Positions 35,901-46,884 of a stretch of DNA of 48,235 bases are shown here, piece after piece. Position 1 is the stretch's first letter. Every line of letters begins with the position of its first letter. The notes under the pieces were generated by a model. It saw only the letters and a program-made list of their open reading frames with translations, searched no databases and was not told the DNA's origin. The DNA comes from Chiloscyllium plagiosum (taxonomy: Eukaryota). The stretch is taken from positions 12,102,760-12,150,994 of the forward strand of contig NC_057754.1 in the NCBI RefSeq assembly GCF_004010195.1. Direction: 5' to 3'. The translations under genes and the position numbers were made by a program.

Positions 35901-38900
35901 CTGGCTAACTCTCAAAAATGCTGGCTTCTTTTAACCAGAAAAATTAAATCATCTTACTGGTTGATGTTATCAAAACACTAAATTCAAATTCGATTGGGCT
36001 TTAGTGTCCTGGGGCATAATTTAAACTAATTGGTTAAAATTCAAACTGTGTGAACATAGCAGCCAAATGTTACGTACTTTAAATTTTCCAGTAAAGTCTG
36101 AGACTGTTAGTCAATCACATGACTAGTGCCTGCAAACTCTCAGTTCTAAACAGTTTTCATTCTCTCTCAAACGTTCAATATGCGCCTTAAACATCAAAAC
36201 ACCTCCCCACTTAAGAAAGAAATGAACTATCATAATGAAAAGATGGCTTCATTTTATTCTAATTCTTCAGCCCCTTAACATTGGTATCTGTTCAATCTGT
36301 CTATACTTTATATGTTCCATCTGCAATAACCCATCTGATTTTACATTCTTACAACCTGCAAAATGCATGATTTTAAATTAAAGGTTGTATCACAAGACAC
36401 CAATGGAATCGTCTCGTATTCTTATCTTTAAATCGTTCTAAGAATGTAAGATTATTGTGATCCGGATCCACAACTGTCTCCCACGCATTCGTGACATAAA
36501 CACTAAAATATTGCAAGGCCAGTATCAACCTAAAAAAATTCCTTTTCGTTGGTAGAGTAGTTTCCCTGGTGGGTGTTGAGTTCCTTTGAAAAGTAACCAG
36601 CAAGCCGTATAATTCCATCATCATCACACTTTATCAGCCCAGCACCAACTTCTATGTCACTCGCATTGATCTTTGGTGTTGCTAAAACCGGTGTGGTGGT
36701 TAATACTGATTTCACATGGTCAAATGCCTCCTGACATGGTTCTGTCCAGGGATTTTTTTGTGTCCTTCTTCAGCAAACCTGTTAGCGATGCCACTATACT
36801 GTTGAAATTTGGAGCATTCTTTCTGGAGAACCCCCTCAGTCCCAAAAATTGAAGCATCTCTTTCTTCGAGGTTGGTCATGGAAATTCCTTGATGACCTGC
36901 CTTTGCGTTCCTTGGGGGTCAACCTTCCATGACCAATGTTATGCCCCAAGGAAGTCACCTCTGCTCTCGCAAATTCTGTTTTCTTTATGCTGAACTGACA
37001 GTTATGCTTCTCTTAATCCCTCAAAGAACATTGCCAACTGTACCATGTAATTTTTCCACGACTCACGAAAGATGACTGCATCATCCAGATAGACTGCATA
37101 AATTGTTAACCCAACCCCAACTCTGTACATGAATCTTTGGAATGTGGTCGGCACGTTTATTATTCCAAAGAGCATCACTTTAAATTGAGGTTGCAAAATC
37201 AGAAATTTATTTCCTTGTCTGTGATAAAGGTACCTATCAATAATCACGCAATTAGTCGAACTTTGTGTTGGAATTAGTTTGTCCAACTTTCTCTATACAG
37301 TCCCTCCAATCATGACATTAGGCACGAGTCCAATCAGTTATGGTGTTGACTTTCTGATAGTCCACAGAAAATCGTTGACTCGCGTCAGGTTTGGCAACGA
37401 ACACAATCGGTGAACTCCACTCATTCTGACTCAGGTCGACGATGTCTTCATTCAGCATTGCCTTCACGTCCTTTTGGACCTGTGAGGCTTTGAAAGGATA
37501 GAGTCTGTCGGGGTGCTGCTTTATTGGAACGGCATTCCCTACTACTACCTCATGCACAATAGCATTCGTCCACTGAACGTTTTCCTGCATATGTCGTCAT
37601 ACTGTGGAACAAATCTTTCAACTGCGTTCTTTGCTCCTGAGACAGATAGTTTACAAATCTATCCCACTCCTGAAGGACATCCTCATTGTTTAACATATTT
37701 TGAGACACATTGAACTTCACAACTTCTGGACTGGATTCCTCACTCTGCGGGACAATAGCTACTACCAGTTTTCTCTAGTTCCCTCAGTCGATTAAAATAC
37801 GATTTCAATACATTCACAAGACATACCCGACACAGAGTTTTTACTGTGCAGCAGCTTGACCAGATATTTTGCTTGACTCAACTTTTTTTTCTAAATTTCA
37901 TGTGGAATACTAAACCAGGCCTTGGAGCGAACTGCTGCCACTGGAAACAATACTAATACTTCATCCTCACGGGAAAACGCCTGAATGTCAGAGATTTTAC
38001 CTGTCACCTGCTTCACTCAATGCTATGCCATCTTCAGGTGCTGGTTAGCTCATTCACCTACATGTTTTAATGTCTTCCTCAAATTGATACATAATCCAAA
38101 CATGAGATCTCTGAATTTCACTAAATTTCAAAGGCACTCTCACTTCGTATCCGAATATTAACTCCAGTAGAATAAACTGAGTAGATTTGTTTGGGGCTAC
38201 TGTAATGGCAAAGAATCATAATGTGATACATTTATCCCAAACGTTCGTGCAATCCTGGAAGTGAGCTCTTAATATGGTCTTCTGGGTCTGATGTCATCTT
38301 TCTAAAGCTCCTTGGATTCAGGACGATTCTCACGTTATTTAAATTGCTCTAGCCTTAGTTATCCATGACTTCCTTGAACAGCCAGGCAATAAAATTAGAC
38401 CCTTGGTCTGACTGAATCTCTCTGGGTAGCACATATCGCGTGCAAAAAGCTATTAACCCCTCTACCATCCTTTTTTTCCTTAATACTCTGGAATGGAATT
38501 GCCTTCAGAAACCTAGTAGACACATCGGGTTATGGTTGGCAAGAACTGGTTCCCATTTCTAGTTTTTGGGAGGGGAACTATATAATCAATCATATCCGGT
38601 GTGAAAGGTTCTTCAAATGTGGGAATTGACAATAAACATGTTGGTTTTATTACTGCCTATGGCTTACCTCCATTCGGCATGTACTACAAAAGTCAACCAA
38701 TCCTTATGCATTGCAGGTGAACAGAAATTATTTTGTACCTTATCCTGAGTCTTCTATACATCTTGGTGACGTCCTGCTGGTAGTTCATTTGTTACTTGTC
38801 TGTGTGCTACCAGCAACACTTCTGCCCATTTCTCCTCTGCAGCCACCTGACTTGGTTTCCATTTTCTTCTTAAGGTTCTATCTTTAAGATAATAAGACTC

Positions 38901-39144
38901 AGGAATACTCTCTGCCTCCTTTTCTGAGTATGCATAAACATCAGGGCTAAACGCTTCTGCCTGACCCCCTGCCTGTTCAGGTACTTCTTGCACCATTACG
39001 TCAAACATGGTCTCTGCCAACTAAACGTCAGCTTGGATGTTGCTTCTTACGGGAGAAAGTGAGGTCTGCAGATGCTGGAGATCAAAGTTGAAACTTTATT
39101 GCTGGAACAGCACAGCAGGTCAGGCAGCATCCAGGGAACAGGAG

Positions 39145-39180
39145 ATTCGACGTTTCGGGCACAGGCCCTTCCTCAGGAAT
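39145..39180 (-). ncRNA. Minimal type I hammerhead ribozyme motif
   Basis: Reverse strand reads attc-CTGAGGA-a-gggc-ctgt-gccc-GAAA-cg-TC-gaat, with 4-bp helices I and II and a GUC site. Confidence 0.75.
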
Positions 39181-39395
39181 GAGCAGAGAGTGTTCAGCAG
39201 GAGAAGATAAAAGGTAGGGAGGAGGGACTTGGAGGAGGGGAGTTGGAAATGTCTTCTTCTTGACCTCTCCGCCTCCATCCTACTCCCACCTATCACCCTC
39301 ACCTTGACCTCTTTCCACCTATCACATTTCCAACGCCCCTCCTCCAAGTCCCTCCTCCCTACCTTTTATCTTCTCCTGCTGAACACTCTCTGCTC

Positions 39396-39431
39396 ATTCC
39401 TGAAGAAGGGCCTGTGCCCGAAACGTCGAAT
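39396..39431 (+). ncRNA. Minimal type I hammerhead ribozyme motif
   Basis: attc-CTGAAGA-a-gggc-ctgt-gccc-GAAA-cg-TC-gaat. Predicted cleavage after 39427. Confidence 0.75.
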
Positions 39432-40544
39432 CTCCTGTTCCCTGGATGCTGCCTGACCTGCTGTGCTGTTCCAGCAATAAAGTTTCAACTTTGATATCCA
39501 AATGAATCCAACAAGAACTGGACCAAGCATATGTGGTACTCATAATCTTCTTCATCCTAAGTATACGCATGATTTTACTACAACTGCTAAGTATTTCATC
39601 AGTAATATTTTCAGCAACATAACACAAAACATCGCAGATAAGAAAAACTGCAGCATATTAACATGCCAAATTTCCCCTAAAGTAAATGCATTAAAATTCC
39701 ATCAAATTTGACAATATTGTTATGTATTTGGCTTTAAGGGGTTAACACGTAGGGGGTTCCATACAACAGCCAAGCAGGGTGAGATCAATAGTTGTGATGT
39801 TGAGAAGATATGCTCTTCTTCATTAGGGTAAATAAAACCACAGAAAGTAGACAAAATCAAACACAAAATATTGCTGAGGAAAGGAGTGAACAAAGACAGA
39901 AATGGGAACTATTTAAATGTAAATCTATGATTCGCTCCAGTAATAATATCTAACAATATTCAATATCTAGGATCATACCAAAAGAGTACTTTGAAGTATT
40001 AAAGGGATTTTCTGCTATCTAGTGATCTCTGAGGCATGAAGTTTCCCTTTCTTGATATGTGCAAGATCAAGACAAACACTAGGCATACAGTAACAGTGAT
40101 ATCACCGCAGGGAGTTGGCAGCCAATTACACTGAAGTATTCTCAAACAGCAAATCAGAAAGTAAAATGCAGTAAAATCTTCTACTCAATTAAAATTTCCA
40201 CAGAGTAAATACAAATCATCAGTGATACACATGGGATTAAAGTAGCTGAAATATCATAACTTTTTTTTAAATTTGAAAAAAACATTATTGCCATAATAAT
40301 GGCAAAAAAGCATCCCAGTGATATAACATTAGATTTCTATGAGTAACTATTGAGTTATTAAAATTAAATTGCATTTATATAGTAACTGTTATGGCTGCAG
40401 TCTTCTTCTTGACCTCTCCGCCTCCATCCTACTCCGACCTATCACCCTCACCTTGACCTCTTTCCACCTATCACATTTCCAACGCCCCTCCTCCAAGTCC
40501 CTCCTCCCTACCTTTTATCTTCTCCTGCTGAACACTCTCTGCTC

Positions 40545-40580
40545 ATTCCTGAGGAAGGGCCTGTGCCCGAAACGTCGAAT
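40545..40580 (+). ncRNA. Minimal type I hammerhead ribozyme motif
   Basis: attc-CTGAGGA-a-gggc-ctgt-gccc-GAAA-cg-TC-gaat. Predicted cleavage after 40576. Confidence 0.75.
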
Positions 40581-41739
40581 CTCCTGTTCCCTGGATGCTG
40601 CCTGACCTGCTGTGCTGTTCCAGCAATAAAGTTTCAACTGTTGCTTCTTACACCATTACTTCAAACATGGTCTCCGCCAACTAAACGCCAGTTCAGATTT
40701 TGCTTTGTGCTGTGATTTATGATCGTGATGTAGTGTTTCTACACAGTATGGGAAAATTGCATTGTATTTTTCTTTTAACTCCTCTGTTCCCTGTTCTTCC
40801 TTGGACTTTTCCACAACAAAGAGTGTCACTCCGACTTGGATCTTGCTAAATCGTTCCTAATTGTATTCCTAGAACTGACACTCTGTTAATCACTCCCACT
40901 GTTACTTGCCCAGTCTTGAGTTGGCAATCAAACTTGATGTTACATAGGGGAATGGTAACTTTCTGTCACTCTGTCCCCAAAATTACCACTATCGGATAAC
41001 AAGTAAGAAAGAGTACGATTAGAGACTGGTTTGATTCTGTACCTCTCAAAATTATAACTTCTTTGGCTCCCCCGCCCTGTTCTTCCTGCGTAAACTTTAG
41101 CCACAGAGGCAAATCATTTATGCAGATCAGACACTAATTCCATACCCAGCACCTGCCTCGGCTATGCACTCTTCTGCAGCTCGTCCAATTTTTTTTCTTC
41201 AGGTTTCCTTTACTACTTTCGCTAATACCACTGGCTTAGCATCTTTTACCTCACCTTTTCCCAAAGTACCTTTCTTTAACAAACAGCACTGTGATTTATC
41301 TGTACCACTTTACCACATTGAAAACATCTGAAGCCTTTCACCTCCTCTTCTATTCTCTTGGGCTTTTGTTAGAACCTAGGGTAAAAATTAACAATTTTCT
41401 TTACTCTTTGTTTCATGGTGTAGGATCTCCCCTTCTCCAAATTTCTATCCCTCACAAGAAGAAATTCTTGCCGGAAGCTATGCGTTGCCTAATGCACTAA
41501 TTTTTACTCATCTGCCATGTCCGCTGATCTTCTTGAGCTTTCTGTTCATTCCACATGAATTCTTATCATCACTGGACGTGAGTATTTAAATTCTCCAGCA
41601 GAATAAGAGCTCTTAGATCCCCATATGTCTTATCTATTTGTAAGGCCCTCACCTATCTGTCAAAGTCAATTCTTTCAAACACAACTTAAGTCTGACCTGG
41701 TTCTTTCTTTGTGTTTTGAATCGCTGTCTACTCGCTTCT

Positions 41740-42060
41740 GCTGGTATGCCAAATAGCATAAACAGCAAGTGATAGATAGAGCTAGGCGATCCCACAGCCA
41801 ACAGATCTAAGCTCTGCAATCTTGCCACATCTCGTCATGAATGGGGGTGATTGATTAAAAAGAAGGCTGCACAAATATCCCTATCCTCAATGATGGAAGA
41901 GCCCAGCACACCAATGCAAAATATAAGGTTAAAGCTTTCTCAGCAAGCTTCAGCCAGATGTGCCGATTGGGTGATCCATCTCAGCCTTCTCCAGTGATCC
42001 CCAGCATCATAGATACCAATATTCAGGCTTTTTAATTGACTCCGCGTGACATCAAGAAAA
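41740..42060 (+). mobile_element. CR1-like LINE ORF2 internal fragment (EN-RT linker)
   Basis: NIPILNDGRAQHTNAKYKVKAFSASFSQMCRLGDPS resembles the CR1-type K.KAE.F...F linker. Confidence 0.6.
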
Positions 42061-42297
42061 TGCAGAGAGAGAAAGCGAGACAGAGAAAGAAACAGAGAGA
42101 GAGAGAGAGAGACAGGGACAGAGTGCAACAAAGAGACAGAGCAACAGGAAAGAGAGAGAGAGGGGCAGACAGGGAGGGAGAGACACAGAAAAGGAGAATG
42201 TGTGTGTGCAAAAGTGGGAGTCAGTAACTGAGAAAGAGAGAGTGAGAGCCATTGATAAAGAACGAGTGAGAGAGACCCATAGATAGGGAAAGGGACC
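42061..42297. repeat. AG-rich decayed microsatellite
   Basis: (GA)n/(GACA)n tract. Confidence 0.85.
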
Positions 42298-42540
42298 TTA
42301 GATTACTTACAGTGTGGAAACGGACCCATTCCCCTACATTTACCCCTTTGTGTAACACTACGGGCAATTTAGCATGGCCAATTCACCTGAATTGCACATC
42401 TTCGAACCGTGGGAGAAAACCCACGCAGACACGGGGAGAATGTGCAAACGCCACACAGTCAGTCGCCTGAGGCGGGAATTGAACCCGGGTTTCTGGCGCT
42501 GGGAGACAGCAGGACTAACCACTGTACCACCGTGCCGCCC
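42298..42540 (-). mobile_element. HE1-type SINE with internal deletions
   Basis: Same head, core and tail as the other copies. Confidence 0.88.
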
Positions 42541-42549
42541 ACTCATAAG

Positions 42550-43320
42550 TGGAAAGGATAGTAAAGAAGGCATTTGGTATGCTTGCCTTTATTGGTCTGT
42601 GCAATAAGTATAGGAGTTGGGAGGTCATGTTGCAGCTCTATAGGACATTGGTTAGGCCACTTTTGTAATACTGCACTCAGTTCTGGTCACCCTACGTTTG
42701 GAACGATATTGTGCAACTTGAAAGGATTCAGAAAAGATTTACAAGACTGTTGCCGAGATTGGAGGATTTGAGCATTAGGGAGAGGCTGAATAGGCTAGGG
42801 CTATTTTCCCTGGAGCATCAAAGACTGACAGGTGACTGTACAGATGTTTATAAGATCATGAGAAGCATGCATAGGGTAAGAAACAAGATGGTGGAGTCCA
42901 AACTAGAAGGTAGAGGTTTAAGGTGAGAGGCAAAAAATTTGAAGGGGATGTATGGTGCAACATTTTCATGCAAACGGTCGTGCGTGTATGGAATGAACTG
43001 TTCGAGGAAATGAGAGCTTTTGCCCGAAAAATTGATTTTCCTGCTCCGCGGATGCGGCCTGACCTGCTGTGCTTTTCCAGCACCACTCTAATCTAGACTC
43101 TGGTCTCCAGCATTTCCAGACCTCACTTTCGCCTGTTCGACTAAATTGTGGATTCTGGTACATTCACAACACTTGAAAGGCTTCCGGATGTGTACATGTT
43201 TAGGGGGATATGGGCCAAGTGCTGACAAGTTGGATTTGATTAATTTAGGATATCTGATCAGCAAGGACGAGTTTAGACCGAAGGGTCTGTTTCTGAACTC
43301 AACAGTTTTATGATTATGTG
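42550..43320 (+). mobile_element. Decayed CR1/HER1 LINE 3' fragment
   Basis: LERIQKRFTRLLPRLEDLSIRERLNRLGLFSLE and a 3'UTR ccgaagggtctgtttc. Confidence 0.85.
43010..43135 (+). mobile_element. Penelope pLTR fragment inserted in CR1
   Basis: ttttgcccgaaa...cctgacctgctgtgcttttccagc...cagacctcactttc is homologous to 1800-1915. Confidence 0.75.
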
Positions 43321-43329
43321 ACTTTAATT

Positions 43330-44600
43330 GGAGTATTGCATGGCAGTGTGGCCAGTCCCATCCTTCCCAACACCGGGGAGCAGTAGAACCTCAGTACATA
43401 GTGACACTTGAGATTTTGTGTACCGAGGGTTTACAGGTGGCCATCAGGGTGAGGGCCATGTTGGGTAATTTCCTTCTCCTTCTTATCCAGAGTTTTGTAC
43501 ATGGACTCCATGTGGACATGGTATATCTTGGCCTTCCAGATGAAGTGGAAGATGGCTCGGGTGACTGAAACAGCACAAGTTTGGGGGATGGCCCAAGCCT
43601 GTGCCAGGTCCAACAACAGCGACAGTGCATCACACCTGGTGACCAGATTTTTACCCACACTGGGGAGGGGGTGGTGCTCTCAAAAGACCAGTGTCTGCTG
43701 TCTGTGTCACTATCATGATGTGCTCGTCCGTGGATTTTATGCACACCCTGGTGACTTTGGACCAATATCCCAGCACCGACAGGTAGTCTGCCCTGATGGG
43801 GAAGGGAATGAAGGATCGATCGGCCCAGTTCCTAAACAACATGGCCTTGCTCTTGCCTGGATTTACCTTGGCTGCTGAGGCCAGTTGGAACTGGTCGCAG
43901 ATGCTCATGAATCTGCGCACTGACAGCGGATCCCAACAGAAAACAGCGACATCATGCATTTATGGGGAGGCTTTCACCTGTCAGCCTCTCTGCCTGGAAT
44001 AGTCACCCCTCTCCGTGTCAAATCCTTCCTGATGGACTTAGTAAAGGGCTCTATAGAACACACAAACAAGGCAGGAGAGAGTGGGCAGCCTTGCCTGACT
44101 GCGAATCTGATTGGAAAGCTTTCTGATTCGCACCCCTTGAATGAGACTTGCCAATGATGTTAGTGGAGAGCAGTCAGATCCAATTTCAGATTCCCTTCCC
44201 AAAGCCGATTTTGAAGAGCACGTCCCACATGTAGGTTTGTGATATCCTGTGAAAGGCCTTCTCCTGGTCCAGGCCGATGAAGCAGGCGCATATTCCCCTA
44301 TCCTCTCTGAAGGTGATCATATCCCTGAGGATTGTGACGCTCTCTGAGACGGTCCTGCCTGGTACAGCACAGATTTGGTTAGGGTGAATCACTGACCCTA
44401 GAACAGATCTGAACCAGTTGCCAGTAACCTTAGACAGGATTTTTTAGTCTGCATTCAGCAATAATATTGGTCACCAAATTTGAATTTCCTCCCTCTCCTC
44501 CTTCTGCTTGCAGATGATACCTTTTCTCATGGATTCCCTCATGGTACCTGCCAGAATCAAACTGCCATACACCTCTAGCAGGCCCTGGCCAATCAAGTCC
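43330..44600 (-). mobile_element. Tx1-type LINE RT fragment
   Basis: LLNAD*KILSKV, IHPNQICAVPGR, LDQEKAFHRI, VRQGCPLSPALFV and ASAAKVNPGKSKAM. Confidence 0.88.
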
Positions 44601-44659
44601 TTCAAACCCTAATACAACTCGATAGACAGCATGACTTTGTGCGGGGGCGGTCGTGCCTC

Positions 44660-46772
44660 AGTAATGTTTTGAAGCTGAACGTGTGTACTGTAACTTTGAG
44701 AGGTGAAAAGCTAACAAGGACTGACTGAAAGCACTCTGTCCTGAACACGGTAAAAATGGAACACTTGGTCAAAACAAATAGCTGGAGTTGTGTTGCCATG
44801 GAACAAAAACAAATTCATGTCTGGCCAATCAGTTTAAATTATGCCCAAATACCAAAATCCAATCAAATTTAAATGTTACTGTTTGGGATGACATCAAACC
44901 AATGAAGTAATCCGATGTTTTTAGGGTATAAAACCAGATATTTTGAGCAGTTAGGAGGAGCACCGCCAAGCACCAAAAAGTATAGATTGCTAGATGACTA
45001 GCTCTCTGAAAGGTACCTGTTCATATGAAAGACCCGTGAAGCAGAATACCGAAGAAAAGATGACAGAGGAAAATCTGGAGAGGAATATACAAAGCGAAGA
45101 TTCAATAGCTGGCTGGTTTTGAATGTTGTTTTTTTTAATAAGTCTTAACATTTTTCTAACAGACCAGTGTTGTAGAGTGGGAGGTAAAAGATAGATTTAA
45201 GAGAAAGGAGTTGTAAATCGTTTTTAATGTTCTCTTTTGGAATTAAAAAATAAAACTATGATTTTTTTTACTTTAAAATAGTGATGTCTGGTGTAATTCT
45301 TTGTCTCTAGAAATTAAACCAATTACGGCAGAGGGTGAGCTTCTCTGTGTGTCGAGTTTAAATTAGCGGAGTTATTTATCCCCTGCTATAACAGTTTGGG
45401 GACTTTTGTCCATGATTTGAACCATTTTGACAGATCCAGCCTGAGATTTGAATAGATTTGGGGTATGAAAAATCCCAGTAAATTTAAACACTTGCCGGTT
45501 AGTGTCCTCGATCTTTAAATAAAACGTAGGTGAGACAAATTGTTTAATTTCGGTTGGTTAAATTAAAAGTGAGGGAAATAACTCTTAAAATTGCTAAAGA
45601 GGTTCTGGGGTTTGAACACAAATTCTCAAGTTTGACAAGAATGTTATGAAGGAAAGAAATTGTCCATACATTTAGAAATCAGAAAGAAGTTAGATTTGGG
45701 TTTAACCAAGGACAAAAGTAAAGCTGAAATTGTAAGGAAATTACTCAAACAGTGAGGTGTGTCAGAGAAACAGACAAGTACAGTAGAGTTAGAAAAACTT
45801 AAATTACAATTGAGGAAAATGGAGCTAGAAGAAAAACAACGAGAGAGAGGAAGAGAGAAAAGAGAGACGGAGAGAGAATGGAGAAAGAGCGAGCAAAAGA
45901 AAAAAGCGAGGGAGAGAGAAAGAAAGAGAGGAGAAAGCAAGAGAGAGAGGTAAAAGAGAGAGAAGGTTCTTAGCTGAGCGAAGAAAGGAAGAGAGAAGTG
46001 AGAGAGACAGAGGAAAAAGACAGAGAAGGTTCTTATCTGAGTGAAAAGAGGGAATTTGAAATTGAGAAATTGTGTCTTAGCAAACTCACGTTCACAGGTT
46101 GGAGGTGAAAAGAGAAGGTAGTGATATATACAAATATATCAAAACTCTGCCACATTCTGATGAGGAAGATGTTGAAGCTTTCTTTATTTCATTTGAAAAA
46201 TTAGCTTGGCACATGGAGTGGTCGAGGATTTATGAGATATGCTAGTTCAGATGAAACTGGCAGGCAAAGTGAATGCGGTATTCGCTGTGCTGTCAGATGA
46301 GCGTTGAAGAAGTCAAACAGACTATTTTAAGTGGTTATGAATTGGTATCAGAAGCATATAGACAGCGGTTCGGAAACATGAAGAAGGAAACAGTTCAGAC
46401 TTGTGCTGAATTTGAAGGAATTAAACATAGTCATTTTGAGAGATGGGGACGGACCTTAAAGATGGAGAAGACCTATAAGGCTCTGAGGCAGATTATTCTG
46501 CTGGAGGTGTTTAAAAACTCACACCCAGAGATGATAAGAATTTACGTGGAGGAACAGAACATTCCGGAAGTGAGAAGGGCAGCAGAATTAGCGGATAAAT
46601 GCATGTTGGTGCATAAGAGAGGCTTCCAGCCAGAATTTTGTCCTATGAGGGATACAAGTTGGGAGAAGGGGAGATACTACACTATGAAAGAAAGAATAGA
46701 GAACACTGGTAAGATTTTATCACAGGTTAAAGAAGCCCAAGAGGGTGGAAAGGCCTCAGGTGTTTCCACTGT
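44660..46772 (+). mobile_element. Gypsy 5' LTR (about 44660-45393), PBS remnant and decayed gag
   Basis: LTR ends ctataaca; PBS-like tttggggacttttgtcc; gag with a charged coiled coil, LPHSDEEDVEAFFISFEKLA and ELVSEAYRQRF..IILLEVFKNS (SCAN-related capsid). It breaks at the zinc knuckle CFHC. Confidence 0.85.
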
Positions 46773-46884
46773 TTAGATTAGATTACTTACAGTGTAGAAA
46801 CAGGCCCTTCGGCCCAACAAGTCCACACCACCCCGCCAAAGCGCAACCCACCCATACCCCTACATTTACCCCTTACCTAACACT
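46773..46884 (-). mobile_element. 3' part of HE1-type SINE, cut by the CR1 insertion
   Basis: Matches 9299-9410 and stops abruptly at cctaacact. Confidence 0.88.

Larger units (their letters stand above)
39051..40638. mobile_element. Composite non-autonomous Penelope-pLTR element (retrozyme-like) with 13-bp TSD
   Basis: TSD tgttgcttcttac at 39038-39050 and 40639-40651; inverted pLTR with tail 39051-39252; 240-bp direct repeats 39251-39490 and 40400-40639 (2 differences seen); unique core 39501-40399. Confidence 0.88.
35905..41740 (-). mobile_element. Decayed Gypsy LTR retrotransposon, Gmr1-like (gag-PR-IN-RT-RH-PPT-LTR)
   Basis: gag/knuckle 41740-41290; protease ILRGT ~41050; integrase 38900-38100; RT WSSPIVFVAKPD and YLDD 37590-36850; RNase H INASDIEVGAGL 36715-36373; PPT ~36203-36215; partial 3' LTR related to 44660-44960. 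Confidence 0.88.

Noticed and set aside
39251..40639. 240-bp direct repeat as an assembly duplication or two independent insertions
   Set aside because: A single perfect TSD brackets the whole unit, the copies share a 5' breakpoint yet differ at two sites, and Gypsy sequence resumes colinearly. Long reads are still needed to exclude an artefact fully.
46273..46776. Host SCAN-domain zinc-finger gene
   Set aside because: It lies downstream of an LTR and PBS within a frameshifted gag and has no C2H2 array.
9299..46884. tRNA genes suggested by A/B boxes, and recurring ORFs such as LTCTSLDCGRKPEHPEETHADTG
   Set aside because: These are SINE heads and chance translations of SINE sequence, with no complete cloverleaf.
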